Shown here one piece after another: positions 45,649 to 56,300 of a stretch of 64,000 nucleotides of DNA (within the stretch, counting starts at the first letter, position 1; every line of letters starts with the position of its first letter). The stretch covers positions 15,234 to 79,233 of the forward strand of contig JAJTED010000014.1 in NCBI GenBank assembly GCA_021300535.1, in the 5' to 3' direction. The position numbers were made by a program, and so were the translations under genes. The notes under the pieces were generated by a model. That model was not told the origin of the DNA and searched no databases. It saw nothing but the letters and a program-made list of their open reading frames with translations. The stretch comes from Planctomycetaceae bacterium (lineage in GTDB: Bacteria; Planctomycetota; Planctomycetia; Pirellulales; UBA1268).

Positions 45649-46850
45649 GCCGGTGCGGAATGACAAAACTCAGCATTCTTTTGCTGACCACCGGCGTGAA
45701 CCCGGCGATTGGAGGCCCGTTTGAGTCCGTTTCAGGTCTCGCGCGTGGTTTTTCGAAGGATCCATTCACGAATGTTACCGTTGTTGGCTGCGCCTCGCGG
45801 AACGTTGACTGGGAGTCTCATCGCGAACGGTGGGGGGCCGCCAGTTTGTCTGTTCACCAAGGAAGTCGCTTCAAAAGATTGGCCAAGGCGCGGCGGTATC
45901 TGATGGATCGCATAGCCCGCGACTCGATCGAAATCGTCCACGCCAGTGGCTTGTGGGATGAGACCACGCTGCTTGCGAGGTGGGTCATTGGCCGTTCGAC
46001 GTTACCGCTCGTATGGAGCATTCGCGGCATGCTCGAGCCATGGGCGCTTGCGTATCGGCGACCGCGTAAAGTCGTTGCTTGGGCGGCCCTCCAGCGCGCG
46101 TCATTAACTGCGGCCAACGTCATTCACGCCACGGCCGACTCCGAAGCCCGCTCGTGTCGCCGCGCCGGGCTCCGCCAACCGATCGCGGTGGTCCCTAACG
46201 GGATCGACGTACACCCGTTGCCGATAGCCGCGGATGACCGCCACTCGAACCGACTTGGACGTTGCGGCTACCTGGGTCGGCTTCATCCCAAGAAGGGTCT
46301 GCCGAATCTGATCGAAGCATGGCGTCATTGCGACACCAGACGTTGGGAACTGGTGATCGCAGGGCCCGACTCGGGCGGCCACGCAGCGCTGCTCAAATCA
46401 CTTGCTCGCCATCATGGCCTTGCCAACGTACACATCGTGGAACCCGTTTATGGCGAGGATCGCACGCGATTCCTCGAGCAATGTGACTTGTTCGTCTGTC
46501 CTTCGTTTTCCGAAAACTTCGGCAACGCGATTGCGGAGGCCATGGAGCGAGGCAAGCCGGTCATCACCACCACAGGAACCCCGTGGAGTGTTCTATCGCA
46601 CGAGCATATTGGGTGGTGGGTCGATCCCGAGCCCTCGGCACTGGCACGTGGGCTCGCCGACGCCCTGCAGGCCGATCCGCACCAACTGAATGTCATGGGC
46701 TCTAGGTGTCGCGAGCACGTCGTGAACACGTATTCCTGGCCGGTCGTTGTGCGGCAGATGCGGGCGGTGTATGAATGGTTGCTTGGCGGCGACGCTCCCG
46801 GCTGGCTTTATCTCGGTGAAAGGGCCGCCCGCTTCGAAAGACAGGCGTGA
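45645..46850 (+). CDS. glycosyltransferase family 4 (GT-B)
   Basis: 401 aa with PSFSENFGNAIAEAMERGKPVITT. GTGA overlap with the upstream gene. Confidence 0.8.
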   Translation: MSRCGMTKLSILLLTTGVNPAIGGPFESVSGLARGFSKDPFTNVTVVGCASRNVDWESHRERWGAASLSVHQGSRFKRLAKARRYLMDRIARDSIEIVHASGLWDETTLLARWVIGRSTLPLVWSIRGMLEPWALAYRRPRKVVAWAALQRASLTAANVIHATADSEARSCRRAGLRQPIAVVPNGIDVHPLPIAADDRHSNRLGRCGYLGRLHPKKGLPNLIEAWRHCDTRRWELVIAGPDSGGHAALLKSLARHHGLANVHIVEPVYGEDRTRFLEQCDLFVCPSFSENFGNAIAEAMERGKPVITTTGTPWSVLSHEHIGWWVDPEPSALARGLADALQADPHQLNVMGSRCREHVVNTYSWPVVVRQMRAVYEWLLGGDAPGWLYLGERAARFERQA

Positions 46851-46908
46851 CCTCCGCCGCCCGGCCGTCAGACCCGGGTTGCACAGCGACGCACCGCAGG
46901 CATCTGGC

Positions 46909-47769
46909 ATGCATCCCAGGCGACTTACGAAACACATACTGGACGTGGCGTTCGGGGCTGTTGGCCTCCAACTCATAAGGCCGGCACACGATTTCGACAG
47001 CCGGCCGATCGGTCACGCCAAGGATCGAATGCTCGGCGCCTTGGCGGATGCGTTCGATGACTGGTGCAGGACTTCGTCCATTTGGCCGCTCACGCCCGCA
47101 GCGGACACCGCGAGCGCGGTCGAGCGATTCTACGATGAATATCTAGCCAGCCCATTTCGCGACCAGGCTGGAGGCAGCCGTTTCAACAATCTGCTTTGGC
47201 TTTTTCTGCTCACCAGAGCTACGCGACCTTCCCTGATAGTGGACTCCGGCACCTACCGGGGGGCGAGCGCCTGGGCGTTTGCCAATGCAGAGCCTGAGTG
47301 TCCGATCCTTAGCTTCGATATCGACCTCTCGTCCCTGGCTCGTCGGACACCCGGCGTCACGTTTCTGCAATCGGATTGGGCCACGCATGAGTTCACGGGG
47401 TATGACCTGTCGAGATCGCTCGCCTACTTCGACGACCACGTCGATCAGGGCCGCAGGCTGGAGGAAGCCGCCGCACGCGGCGTGCCGTGGCTCGTTTTCG
47501 ACGACGATTTCCCAGTCACATCATTCGTCTCGATGGCACATGACGGCAACGCGCTCCCAAAGATCGAGTTCCTGCTAGACGACGGGCTTCGCGGCGTCTC
47601 GACCATCTCGTGGGAGAGAAACGGCCGGGAGATCCAGTGGCCGATAGATCACCAGCGGCTCGAACGATTGCGAACGCTCATTGCCGCGACAGACCGTCTT
47701 CCTAACACCTCCCTGATCACTGGCATCCACCAGACCCCGTACCGGCTCGTAAGTACCGCCATCAAATAA
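46909..47769 (+). CDS. putative methyltransferase-fold protein (CmcI/Methyltransf_24-like)
   Basis: ATG at 46909. LIVDSGTYRGASAWAFA resembles SAM motif I. Otherwise the protein is not recognised. Confidence 0.42.
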   Translation: MHPRRLTKHILDVAFGAVGLQLIRPAHDFDSRPIGHAKDRMLGALADAFDDWCRTSSIWPLTPAADTASAVERFYDEYLASPFRDQAGGSRFNNLLWLFLLTRATRPSLIVDSGTYRGASAWAFANAEPECPILSFDIDLSSLARRTPGVTFLQSDWATHEFTGYDLSRSLAYFDDHVDQGRRLEEAAARGVPWLVFDDDFPVTSFVSMAHDGNALPKIEFLLDDGLRGVSTISWERNGREIQWPIDHQRLERLRTLIAATDRLPNTSLITGIHQTPYRLVSTAIK

Positions 47770-47809
47770 AGGGCAGCTATACCTGTAGCCGCAGGACATA
47801 CAAAGCATC

Positions 47810-48622
47810 GTGCCAGTTCTTTCATCAATACGTGAATCATTAATCGCCTTCGACCGGTTTGCCTTCGGCGGACGTGGCCTGACGCGTTATCGGCGTTGGG
47901 TGAGCCGGCGAAAGCTTGATGACATCGTGCAACGTTCCAGCCACAATACGTTCGCCATCCACTACTCGGGCCGATCGTTCGCCGCGTTCGCACATCTATG
48001 CGACAAATACGGCTCGGACAAAGGCACTCGCGCTCCAGGGCCCCACCCGTACCCACACCAGCCGCACGCCTATGCCGATTTTTATGCGCTTATGTTTGAC
48101 CATTGTCGGCTGTCGGTCCGAAAAGTCTTTGAGTGCGGTCTCGGCACAAACAACCCCTCGATCCCGTCGAATATGGGAATCACCGGTCGCCCGGGAGCCT
48201 CTTTGCGGGCGTGGCGCGACTATTTTCCGAATGCGTTTATCTACGGCGCTGATATCGATCCCAACGTCCTCTTTTCCGAAAACCGGATCATTACCTTCCA
48301 GGTTGACCAGACTAGCCCTGAATCTGTCGCAGCGCTGTGGAGACATCCTGACCTTTGCGATTTCGATGTCTTTGTTGACGACGGACTCCATACCTTTGAC
48401 GCAGGAATCGCTCTTTTTCAGAACAGCTTCCACAGAGTACGGCCGGGCGGCGTCTATATTATCGAAGATGTTCCACAACACTCGCTGCAGAGGTTTTGCG
48501 ATTATTTCGAACAGGCGGCGGTCGACTATTCGCACGCGACCTCGACCGCTCGCTGTAGGCAAGCCAAACTCGACAGCACGCTGATCATTATCCGAAAGCC
48601 CTATCTGCCTAACGCCAGCTAA
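47810..48622 (+). CDS. class I SAM-dependent methyltransferase
   Basis: VFECGLGTN, IYGADID and VFVDDGLH motifs. GTG start. Confidence 0.6.
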   Translation: MPVLSSIRESLIAFDRFAFGGRGLTRYRRWVSRRKLDDIVQRSSHNTFAIHYSGRSFAAFAHLCDKYGSDKGTRAPGPHPYPHQPHAYADFYALMFDHCRLSVRKVFECGLGTNNPSIPSNMGITGRPGASLRAWRDYFPNAFIYGADIDPNVLFSENRIITFQVDQTSPESVAALWRHPDLCDFDVFVDDGLHTFDAGIALFQNSFHRVRPGGVYIIEDVPQHSLQRFCDYFEQAAVDYSHATSTARCRQAKLDSTLIIIRKPYLPNAS

Positions 48623-49459
48623 ATGGAACCCACTACACTCAGCCGTCGCCTACTATGGCGGGCCACACGCAGCAAACGCGGCTTTGCAGAAACGCTTTTC
48701 CGGCTTTGTCGCGCTTACGTACAGGCCTATCACGATTTTTCATACAATTCTGATTTGAATGGCGAGCGAACTCTTTTGAACCGACTAACATCTGTTCGCA
48801 TGAAGACAGTGTTTGATGTCGGCGCGAACATAGGCGATTGGACTAAATTGGCGTTGCAGGCAATTCCCGGAGTTACCATCCACGCCTTTGAGTTAAGCGA
48901 AGCAACGCGCGCTGCTTTTCGAAGAAACATTACCGCGCTGAATGTTTTGCTTGTTGACGCTCCGCTGGGCAGTGACGACGGCCATGTGCAATTCAAGGAT
49001 TTCGGGGATTCATCTGGCCTCAATACGATCGTCACCCAGACGACGCACCACGATTGGCGGGCGCCGAAACTTCGAGAATGCATCGCTATGCGGGGTGATA
49101 CGTACTGCAAAGAGCACGGCGTGAACAAAATCGACCTCATGAAGGTCGACGTCGAGGGCTACGAGAGCGCAGTGCTCGAGGGCTTCGGTAAAATGCTAAA
49201 GCCAGACACGATCCGGTGCATTCAATTTGAATATGGCTACGGCAACGGCGACCTTCATTGGTTAATGAAAGACTTTAACGACTACCTTCATGCTCGTGGA
49301 TATATAGTCGGCAAGCTGTGGCATGACGGAGTCTCCTTTGCGCCTTTTGATTATGCATGGAATAACTTTGACTCGGGGCCAAATTACGTGGCTGTCGGGC
49401 GTGACGACGTCGAACTTCGCGATCTTGTCGATCGCAAGCAAACGAAACCACAGCACTGA
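48623..49459 (+). CDS. FkbM-family methyltransferase
   Basis: VFDVGANIGDWT and MKVDVEGYESAVLEG motifs. The start abuts the upstream stop. Confidence 0.8.
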   Translation: MEPTTLSRRLLWRATRSKRGFAETLFRLCRAYVQAYHDFSYNSDLNGERTLLNRLTSVRMKTVFDVGANIGDWTKLALQAIPGVTIHAFELSEATRAAFRRNITALNVLLVDAPLGSDDGHVQFKDFGDSSGLNTIVTQTTHHDWRAPKLRECIAMRGDTYCKEHGVNKIDLMKVDVEGYESAVLEGFGKMLKPDTIRCIQFEYGYGNGDLHWLMKDFNDYLHARGYIVGKLWHDGVSFAPFDYAWNNFDSGPNYVAVGRDDVELRDLVDRKQTKPQH

Positions 49460-49471
49460 AGCGAGTGATCG

Positions 49472-50117
49472 TTGATTTTCGCCAATAGCCAAAAAAGCGT
49501 GTTCCATACTACTGCCCACTGTTTTATCGCGGCGGCCGTTCCCTTCAGACAAAGCGTGACCTGTTCGCAAGGCGTCAAATTGGCATCAGGGTTTTTCGGC
49601 TTACGCCAGAGAGATGGAGTTTTTTCGCGTTCTACTGTTGCGGCTGTTCGGCGCTAGGGTAAAGTTGTTGGCGACCATCTCTCGAGCGTGTCGAATCTAC
49701 GCGCCATACGCGATTGTTCTTGGCGAGATGAGTTGTCTAGCGGCAGGCGTCGACTGCCATTGTGTCGATGGCATTGTCCTTGAAGACGACGTGACTGTGA
49801 GTCCGGATGCCTTCCTATGCACGGCGTCGCATGACATCGACTGAGCCGACAGGGCCTTGGTGACCGTGCCGATTCGCATCGTCCGAGGCGCGTGGATTTT
49901 CGCACGGGCCACGGCTCTGCAGGTCGTCACTGTGGGAGAAGGAGCCGTCGTGGCGGCATGCGCCGGGGTGACGCAGGACGTCCCGGCTTACGCCGTCGTG
50001 TCTGGCAACCCAGCGCGAGTAGTTGGTGACCGGGCTTATTGCTTATTGCGGCCCCAGCGACGAGAAAGGCGTGAGCCGCGATGGGTGATCTCGGGCAGCC
50101 GCGCCTCGCGGCGGTGA
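49472..50117 (+). pseudogene. WcaF-like hexapeptide acetyltransferase with two frameshifts and an in-frame TGA
   Basis: Homology runs frame 2 -> frame 1 at the A6 run (49491-49496), then frame 1 -> frame 0 at the T6 run (about 49620-49625). There is a TGA at 49842-49844 inside [18 protein letters not shown]. Confidence 0.65.
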
Positions 50118-50926
50118 TCATCACGCGCAATGAGTCGCTCGACATTGCCGCGTGCATCGAGTCTTGCTCGTTCGCCGAGAAAGTCTTCGTTCTCGATTCG
50201 CTCAGCACCGACGACACGGCCGCCCGGGCGCGCGCCGCCGGAGCCGATGTTCAGTTTCGGGAGTTCACGAACTACGCCGACCAACAAAACGTGGCCCTGT
50301 CGCTCGTCGCTGACTTCGATTGGGTGTTGATGATGGATGCCGACGAACGGGTGCCAAAAGACATGGCCAGCGAGGTGCGAGCCGTCGTTTGCGACGCATC
50401 AGACGACATCGTTCTCTATCGCATCCGACGCAAGGACTTCTTTTTCGGCAGATGGCTGCGTTGTGCGACTGGATACCCGACGTGGTCTGCGCGTCTGATG
50501 AGGCCGGTCCGCGTTCACTTCACGCGAGACATCAACGAGGAACTCGTCGCCCACGGGAAGACCGCCTTCCTATCGACGCATTTCCATCATTTTCCTTTCA
50601 GCAAGGGGATTTCAGCCTGGTTCGAACGGCACAACTCTTATTCCACCATGGAGGCCATCCGGCTTGGCGAGGAGCAATCATCGCGGATCGGCTGGAGGTT
50701 GTCCGACCTCGGCGACCCCGCGAGGCGTAGGCGTGTCGCGAAGCAGGTGTTCTACCGGTTGCCTTGTCGTCCCTTGATCGCGTTCCTCGGCTTATATCTG
50801 CTGCGTGGCGGCTTTCTCGACGGCTGGGCCGGCCTGCAGTATTGCCGCCCGCGATCGATGTACGAATACATGATCGCGTTGAAGATGCACGAGCGCCGGT
50901 TTCTCGCTGCTGCACGCAGGACATGA
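50081..50926 (+). CDS. glycosyltransferase family 2
   Basis: 281 aa with [17 protein letters not shown] and MDADE motifs. Confidence 0.8.
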   Translation: MGDLGQPRLAAVIITRNESLDIAACIESCSFAEKVFVLDSLSTDDTAARARAAGADVQFREFTNYADQQNVALSLVADFDWVLMMDADERVPKDMASEVRAVVCDASDDIVLYRIRRKDFFFGRWLRCATGYPTWSARLMRPVRVHFTRDINEELVAHGKTAFLSTHFHHFPFSKGISAWFERHNSYSTMEAIRLGEEQSSRIGWRLSDLGDPARRRRVAKQVFYRLPCRPLIAFLGLYLLRGGFLDGWAGLQYCRPRSMYEYMIALKMHERRFLAAARRT

Positions 50927-50962
50927 CGTGCGGACCGATCTTCCTCCTGTCGCAAGACTGGC

Positions 50963-52105
50963 GTGATGCGGCGAACTGGAGGTGACGAAGACCTGCTGAT
51001 TGCCAGCACGCTCTCCGCAGATGGCGGACTGCCCGTCGCGGTCGGCCGATTGGCGGGGTTGCTTACGCAATATGGCCGACATGTCGTGGTGGTCGGCCCC
51101 GGAGTCGGGCCAGACTGCACTGCGATCACGGAGTCGGCGGCGGAGATCGTGCGCCTACCAGCATCTGCCGGACTGACGAGCACGCTGAGGGCAGTGCAGG
51201 CATGCCGGGCTATCGTCTACCAGGCCGCCGTCCTGGGAGCGGCGAGGCCGCGGCCAATCGTTCACATTCATGGGATCTGGACACCCCCGGTGGTTGCGGC
51301 AGCCCGCGCGGCGCGACGAACAGGCATTCCTTACGTGATATCGCCGCACGGCATGCTGTTGAAGCCCGCGATGCGAAAGAGCCACTGGCGTAAACGGCTC
51401 GTTTTGGCGATGGAGATGCGACAGGCGCTAGCCCAAGCGAGGGCGGTTCATTGCGCCTCCGACGAAGAGGCGGAGGCGGTGCGACATCTCGCCCCTGCTG
51501 CACATACGCGGATCATTCCCTTCGGCGTTGATGTGGCTCAATCCACTGTCACACAGCCCGTCAACCGTCCCAAGATCGCGGGCTACCTAGGGCGGCTCAC
51601 GGCGATCAAGAACTTGGAAACGCTCGTGGCGGCATGGGCTGATGTTCGGCCTGCCGGGTGGCAACTCCGAATCGCCGGTCCCGACTGCGACGGCACCCGC
51701 GCTCGCGTGCAGGAGATGGTCCGCCGATTAGAATTGAACGGAATCGTGTCGGTCGACCCACCGGTAGCCGCGCAAGCGGTACCGAAGTTTCTGTCGTCGC
51801 TCGCCGTCTTCATCCAGCCGTCTCTGTCCGAGAACTTCGGGATGGTTGTCGCGGAGGCACTGGCGGCCTCTACGCCCGTGATCGCCACGACCGGAACGCC
51901 CTGGCATGCGCTCGCAGACCGGGGCTGTGGCTGGTGCGTGGCACCGAGTCAGGCCGCGCTCGCAGCAGCTATTCGCGCGGCCACCTCCGCCTCAACTGAC
52001 GAACTTGCCCATATGGGCCGACGAGGGACCGATTGGATCGCAGCCGAGTATTCCTGGCCCGTCATTGCTCCACGCTTCTTGCGCGAGCTTTATGAAATTG
52101 CCTGA
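50963..52105 (+). CDS. glycosyltransferase family 4 (GT-B)
   Basis: 380 aa with PSLSENFGMVVAEALAASTPVIAT. Confidence 0.8.
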   Translation: MMRRTGGDEDLLIASTLSADGGLPVAVGRLAGLLTQYGRHVVVVGPGVGPDCTAITESAAEIVRLPASAGLTSTLRAVQACRAIVYQAAVLGAARPRPIVHIHGIWTPPVVAAARAARRTGIPYVISPHGMLLKPAMRKSHWRKRLVLAMEMRQALAQARAVHCASDEEAEAVRHLAPAAHTRIIPFGVDVAQSTVTQPVNRPKIAGYLGRLTAIKNLETLVAAWADVRPAGWQLRIAGPDCDGTRARVQEMVRRLELNGIVSVDPPVAAQAVPKFLSSLAVFIQPSLSENFGMVVAEALAASTPVIATTGTPWHALADRGCGWCVAPSQAALAAAIRAATSASTDELAHMGRRGTDWIAAEYSWPVIAPRFLRELYEIA

Positions 52106-53324
52106 ATCGCTCGTCCGGCATGGTCCAGCGGTTACGCGGCGGATTTTCGCCTGTAGCAGCGTTGCCTTGGACTACTTTCGCTTTCTGTGCGTCAGCCTAG
52201 AGCCTTCCGCCGCGCAGGTCATTCAGGTCGCGGCCGTCTCAGAGGATGATTATCGTCGCGATGCACGGGGCTCGGCTGGCAAGCGCATTCGTCTGCGGCT
52301 GCGAATGTACGTCGGCTACCCGCTGCAGCTCGTGCTGTCCACGTGTCGTGCACGAAGCGGCGACGTGTTCATCGTGACCAGCAACACATTCTTCGCCCCG
52401 ATGCTGGTCGCGTTGTTCGTGCGTTGGCGGGGCGTCCGCGTCGTGCACCTGCTATACGACCTGTTTCCGGATGCGTTGGAGGTATCCGGCAGCGCTCGCA
52501 CCGACGGGCCGCTGTCGCGGGTGCTGGGCTTAGTGACCTGGGCCAACCAGCACTTTACCGACGGAACGGTGTATCTGGGGGATTTTCTCCGAGATTATGC
52601 GGAACGCCGCTGGGGGCGAACGCGCCGGCCGGGCGTGGTGCCGATTGCGACCGACGTCAGACTTTACGATGACGGTCTGTCGTGCGATGCCGCTTCGACC
52701 GTTCTAGCGATGCACTACGGCGGACAACTAGGCCTCATGCATGATGTTGCGTCGCTCGTCGAGAGCCTGCGGGCGGTGTCGATCGCGGGGCTGCTCGGCT
52801 ACCGAGTCCAGTTCGAGGGGCTCGTCAGCGGAGCCCGGGCGGCCGCGCTTGAAAAAGCGGTCGGTGGCATGGACGGCGTCAAGGTCGGGGCGACGTTGTC
52901 GAGTGATGCCTGGCGACGACACGTCGAGCACTTTCAGCTCGGGATTGTCACGCTCAGTCCGGGGGGGGCGACCGTTTGCCTGCCGAGCAAGACGTACGCG
53001 ATGATGGCGGCAGGACTGGCGGTAGTCGCCATCTGTCCCGCCTGGAGTGATCTTGCCCGCCTTGTGGAGGAGTCTGGAGCCGGCTGGGTGATCGACAACG
53101 CGGCCTGTCCTCGACCGCTGGACGAGGTCGAGTATCTGCCCGCCTGCCGATCCGGGCGCCCCGCGGCGGAGGTCGCGAACGACTTTCAAGCGTTAATCGC
53201 CCGGCTCGTCGACAATCCCGCGGAAGTGTCTAAATGCCGAAGCAACGCGTGGCATGCCGTGCGGGAACGCTTTTCGCCCGCCCACATTAGCGAAGCGTGG
53301 GCACGTTATCTGAGGTCGCTTTGA
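52092..53324 (+). CDS. glycosyltransferase (WcaI/GT4-like)
   Basis: ATG at 52092 overlaps the upstream gene's end. Has VVHLLYDLFPDAL and a GT-B-like C-terminal half. Confidence 0.5.
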   Translation: MKLPESLVRHGPAVTRRIFACSSVALDYFRFLCVSLEPSAAQVIQVAAVSEDDYRRDARGSAGKRIRLRLRMYVGYPLQLVLSTCRARSGDVFIVTSNTFFAPMLVALFVRWRGVRVVHLLYDLFPDALEVSGSARTDGPLSRVLGLVTWANQHFTDGTVYLGDFLRDYAERRWGRTRRPGVVPIATDVRLYDDGLSCDAASTVLAMHYGGQLGLMHDVASLVESLRAVSIAGLLGYRVQFEGLVSGARAAALEKAVGGMDGVKVGATLSSDAWRRHVEHFQLGIVTLSPGGATVCLPSKTYAMMAAGLAVVAICPAWSDLARLVEESGAGWVIDNAACPRPLDEVEYLPACRSGRPAAEVANDFQALIARLVDNPAEVSKCRSNAWHAVRERFSPAHISEAWARYLRSL

Positions 53325-53341
53325 ATTCGAGAGCCCCTTGC

Positions 53342-56300
53342 ATGAGCGAACTGCCCAGGTATCCGCGCGACCGCTTTGTGCTCCGCTGGCACCCGATAGC
53401 CTCGGTCTGCGTCGTGATTGCGTGCTGCAACGTTGCCGCACCGGCCGACGATCATCCCGATCTCGCGGCGGCTGCACGGACCGTCGCCGCGATGCACGCA
53501 GCCGGCCGTCCATCGGCCGAGTACGTGATTCGCCTTGTTGAACTCGGCCGGCTGTATCGCGCCCACGGCGAGCCAATCCGTGCTGCCACGACGCTTGACG
53601 AGGCTGTCGCGGCGAGCGACGTGGTATTCGGGCGTGAGCACCCTGAGACGGCCGCGGCCCTCGACAACAGAGCAGAGTTGGCGATCGCGACCGGGGACGT
53701 CGAAACGGCGTGTACCGCACACCGGCGTGCGCTTGCGATCCGCGAGCGCACGCTCGGCGGCAATGACCCGATGACCGCCCGCAGCCTAAACAATCTCGGG
53801 CTCGCCAGGCTCGCGGCCGGCGACAAAAAAGAAGCGGTCGACCTGCTTGCGCGCGCACTGACGCTCAACGAAAAACATTTCGGCTATGAACATCGAGCGA
53901 CCGCCGCGAGTCTCGTGAACCTGGGTCGAGCCCAGCTAGCGGCCGAGGATGCCCACGCGGCGGTTGTGTCGGTGGCCCGTGCCCGCGACATCCGCTCCGC
54001 GACCCTTGGGGGAGACGATCCGCGGACCATCCAAGCGGCAGTGATTCTCGCCCGGGCCATGGTGGCGTCGGGCGCTGTGGCGGACGCCGAAATCGCGCTC
54101 GACAAAGCCTATCCGTTGCTGGTCAGAACCCTCGGCGAACGGCACCCCGACACGCTCGAGGCACTCGACGCGCTGGCAAGCGCGACGCGCATCCTCGAGT
54201 CGCGGCACCTGAAGCAGCCAGGCAGCGAGCCGCGGGCAAAAGGTCGGAGGCGGTTTTACGTCCGTGAGTTTCTCGGCATTGACTGGAAGGACCAGTTGCT
54301 TTCGTATCCGATCGAAGCGGTCGCCGGGGAGTGCAGCCCACAGCGGGCACGGTTGAGCGGACCGGAGGGTGATGTTCCGGTTCAGTTCGTCGATGTCACG
54401 ACATGGGCCGATGGCAGTATTCGCACGGCCCGCGCATGCTTTTACGCTGATTTACCCCCGTTTCGGAACGACGCCTATACGCTCCGGTTCGATGCCGCGA
54501 CTGAAGCAGCCCCGGCAGCCCCGCCCGCGCGGTTGGCGATCGCCCGCCGGGGCGATCGCGTCGAGGTCCGCGGAAAATACCTCGGCGCCGAGTTTGACCT
54601 CTCTCCGCGACAAGCTGAAGTCGGCCGATCCAAAGGTCTGCCGCCGCCCCTCGTGGCGATGATCGCACCGGATGGCAGCCGGTTTGGCGGAAGCGAGTTC
54701 TTTGGTAACGCCGTCGCCGAGAACGTCACGGCCGCAATCGTGGCCGAAGGGCCGGTCCTGGCTGAGTTTTCGTGGCGTTATCGTTGCCGCGATGGCCTCG
54801 CCTATGAGCTCCGGGCGACCATCGGTAACCGAGACACGGCTGTTCACTGGGACATGCGGGTCACCGGAGATCGGCCTAACGACGGCTGGCGAATCCGATT
54901 GAACGATCCTGGCGATGCTATGGATTTCGTCTTCCAAAAAAAGTCGTTTTCCGCATTCGATTCGGATCCGAAGGTGCGACAAGCGGGAGAACTCGAATGG
55001 GTTCGGGTGCCGCTTACGCCCGGCCTCAAGCCCATCGGCCTGGCGCCGTGGTATCAGCAGTATTTCGACGACCAGCAGACAGTGGTACTGCTGCGGTCCC
55101 CGCAAACCGCTCAGACACGATACGTTATGCTTCGCGATCCCGGCGTATGGGTCGATCCCAAATGGCCACGACGGTTTTCCGAGCCATATCCTGCGCGACT
55201 GGCCAAGTCGATGCCGATCTCAGTCAGCGAGGCCGGTATCGTCCACCTCACCGCCCACTGCGGCACTTCGCTCGGCGGGGGAGTGCGGCGATGGACGGTG
55301 GGAATCGCCCGGCCCGATCAGACCGCGGCCATCTCCAAGATGGCTGCCGAGACCAGCCCCATGCCGGCAAGCATGACGCTGGGAAAATGGCGAGAGCCGA
55401 ACATTAATGACCTCTTGGACAACCGTAGGCTTGACCGAGTCAAGGACTATGTTCTGCGTTGGCCACGCTCCCGGTCTCGGCCCGGTTTGTTCGCAACTCG
55501 CCCGCAGATCGCGCAGGCGAGAGCCCTCGCCGCGCAACTCCCAGGCCCGGCTCAAGCGCGAACTTTCACGTCGTTTGACTCGTTCGTCGATCATCTCGCA
55601 GCCACGGGCGACGGGCCATGGTACGAGCCGTGGCATCACGACGCATTCGCCCTGGTGGCTTTTCTGCGAGGTGACAAGACGGCGGCGGAGATGAGGATTC
55701 GGGACCGGGTCTTCCATCATCTCGGACTGCTCGGCCGCATTGACTGGATGCGCGATGCCGGGATCGTGGCCGCTCTATATGACGGGACGGTCGATTCAGG
55801 CGTGTTCTCCGAAGCGGAGTCACGGCTGCTCGATGCCTGGATGGCCTATCTGTGTTATGTCTACGCCGATCCGAACGTGACGTCGATCGAGCGGGGATAC
55901 AACCCGGGGCCCCCGAACATCACCATCTCCTACGTGCTGAGCCTGGGCGTGTGTGCGTGTGCCATTCCAGAACATCCGCTCGCGCGGGAGTGGACGGAAG
56001 AAGTGTCACGAAAACTGCGTTACTGGCTGGATGTCGAACTAGGCCCCGAGGGGGAATGGTTCGAAGGAGGGCACTACGACAATGTGACTCTCACGCAGTT
56101 CATCGCGTTCGCGCTCGCAATGCGTCACGCAGGCTTCGCGGATTTGCCGAACGACCCCCGGCTGAAACGAATGGCCGAATGTCTCGCGGAATACGCCACG
56201 CCGCCGGATCCCATGCGCGACGGCCGGCGGGTGGCGCCGCCGCTCGGGCGCCGCGTCGCGGGCAATACTTGGGCGTTATCCGGACTGATGGCCCGATCAA

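Noticed and set aside
49842-49844. In-frame TGA in the WcaF-like gene as selenocysteine or programmed read-through
   Set aside because: I saw no SECIS-like hairpin directly downstream. The family is not a selenoprotein family. The same gene has two additional frameshifts, so pseudogenisation is the simpler explanation.
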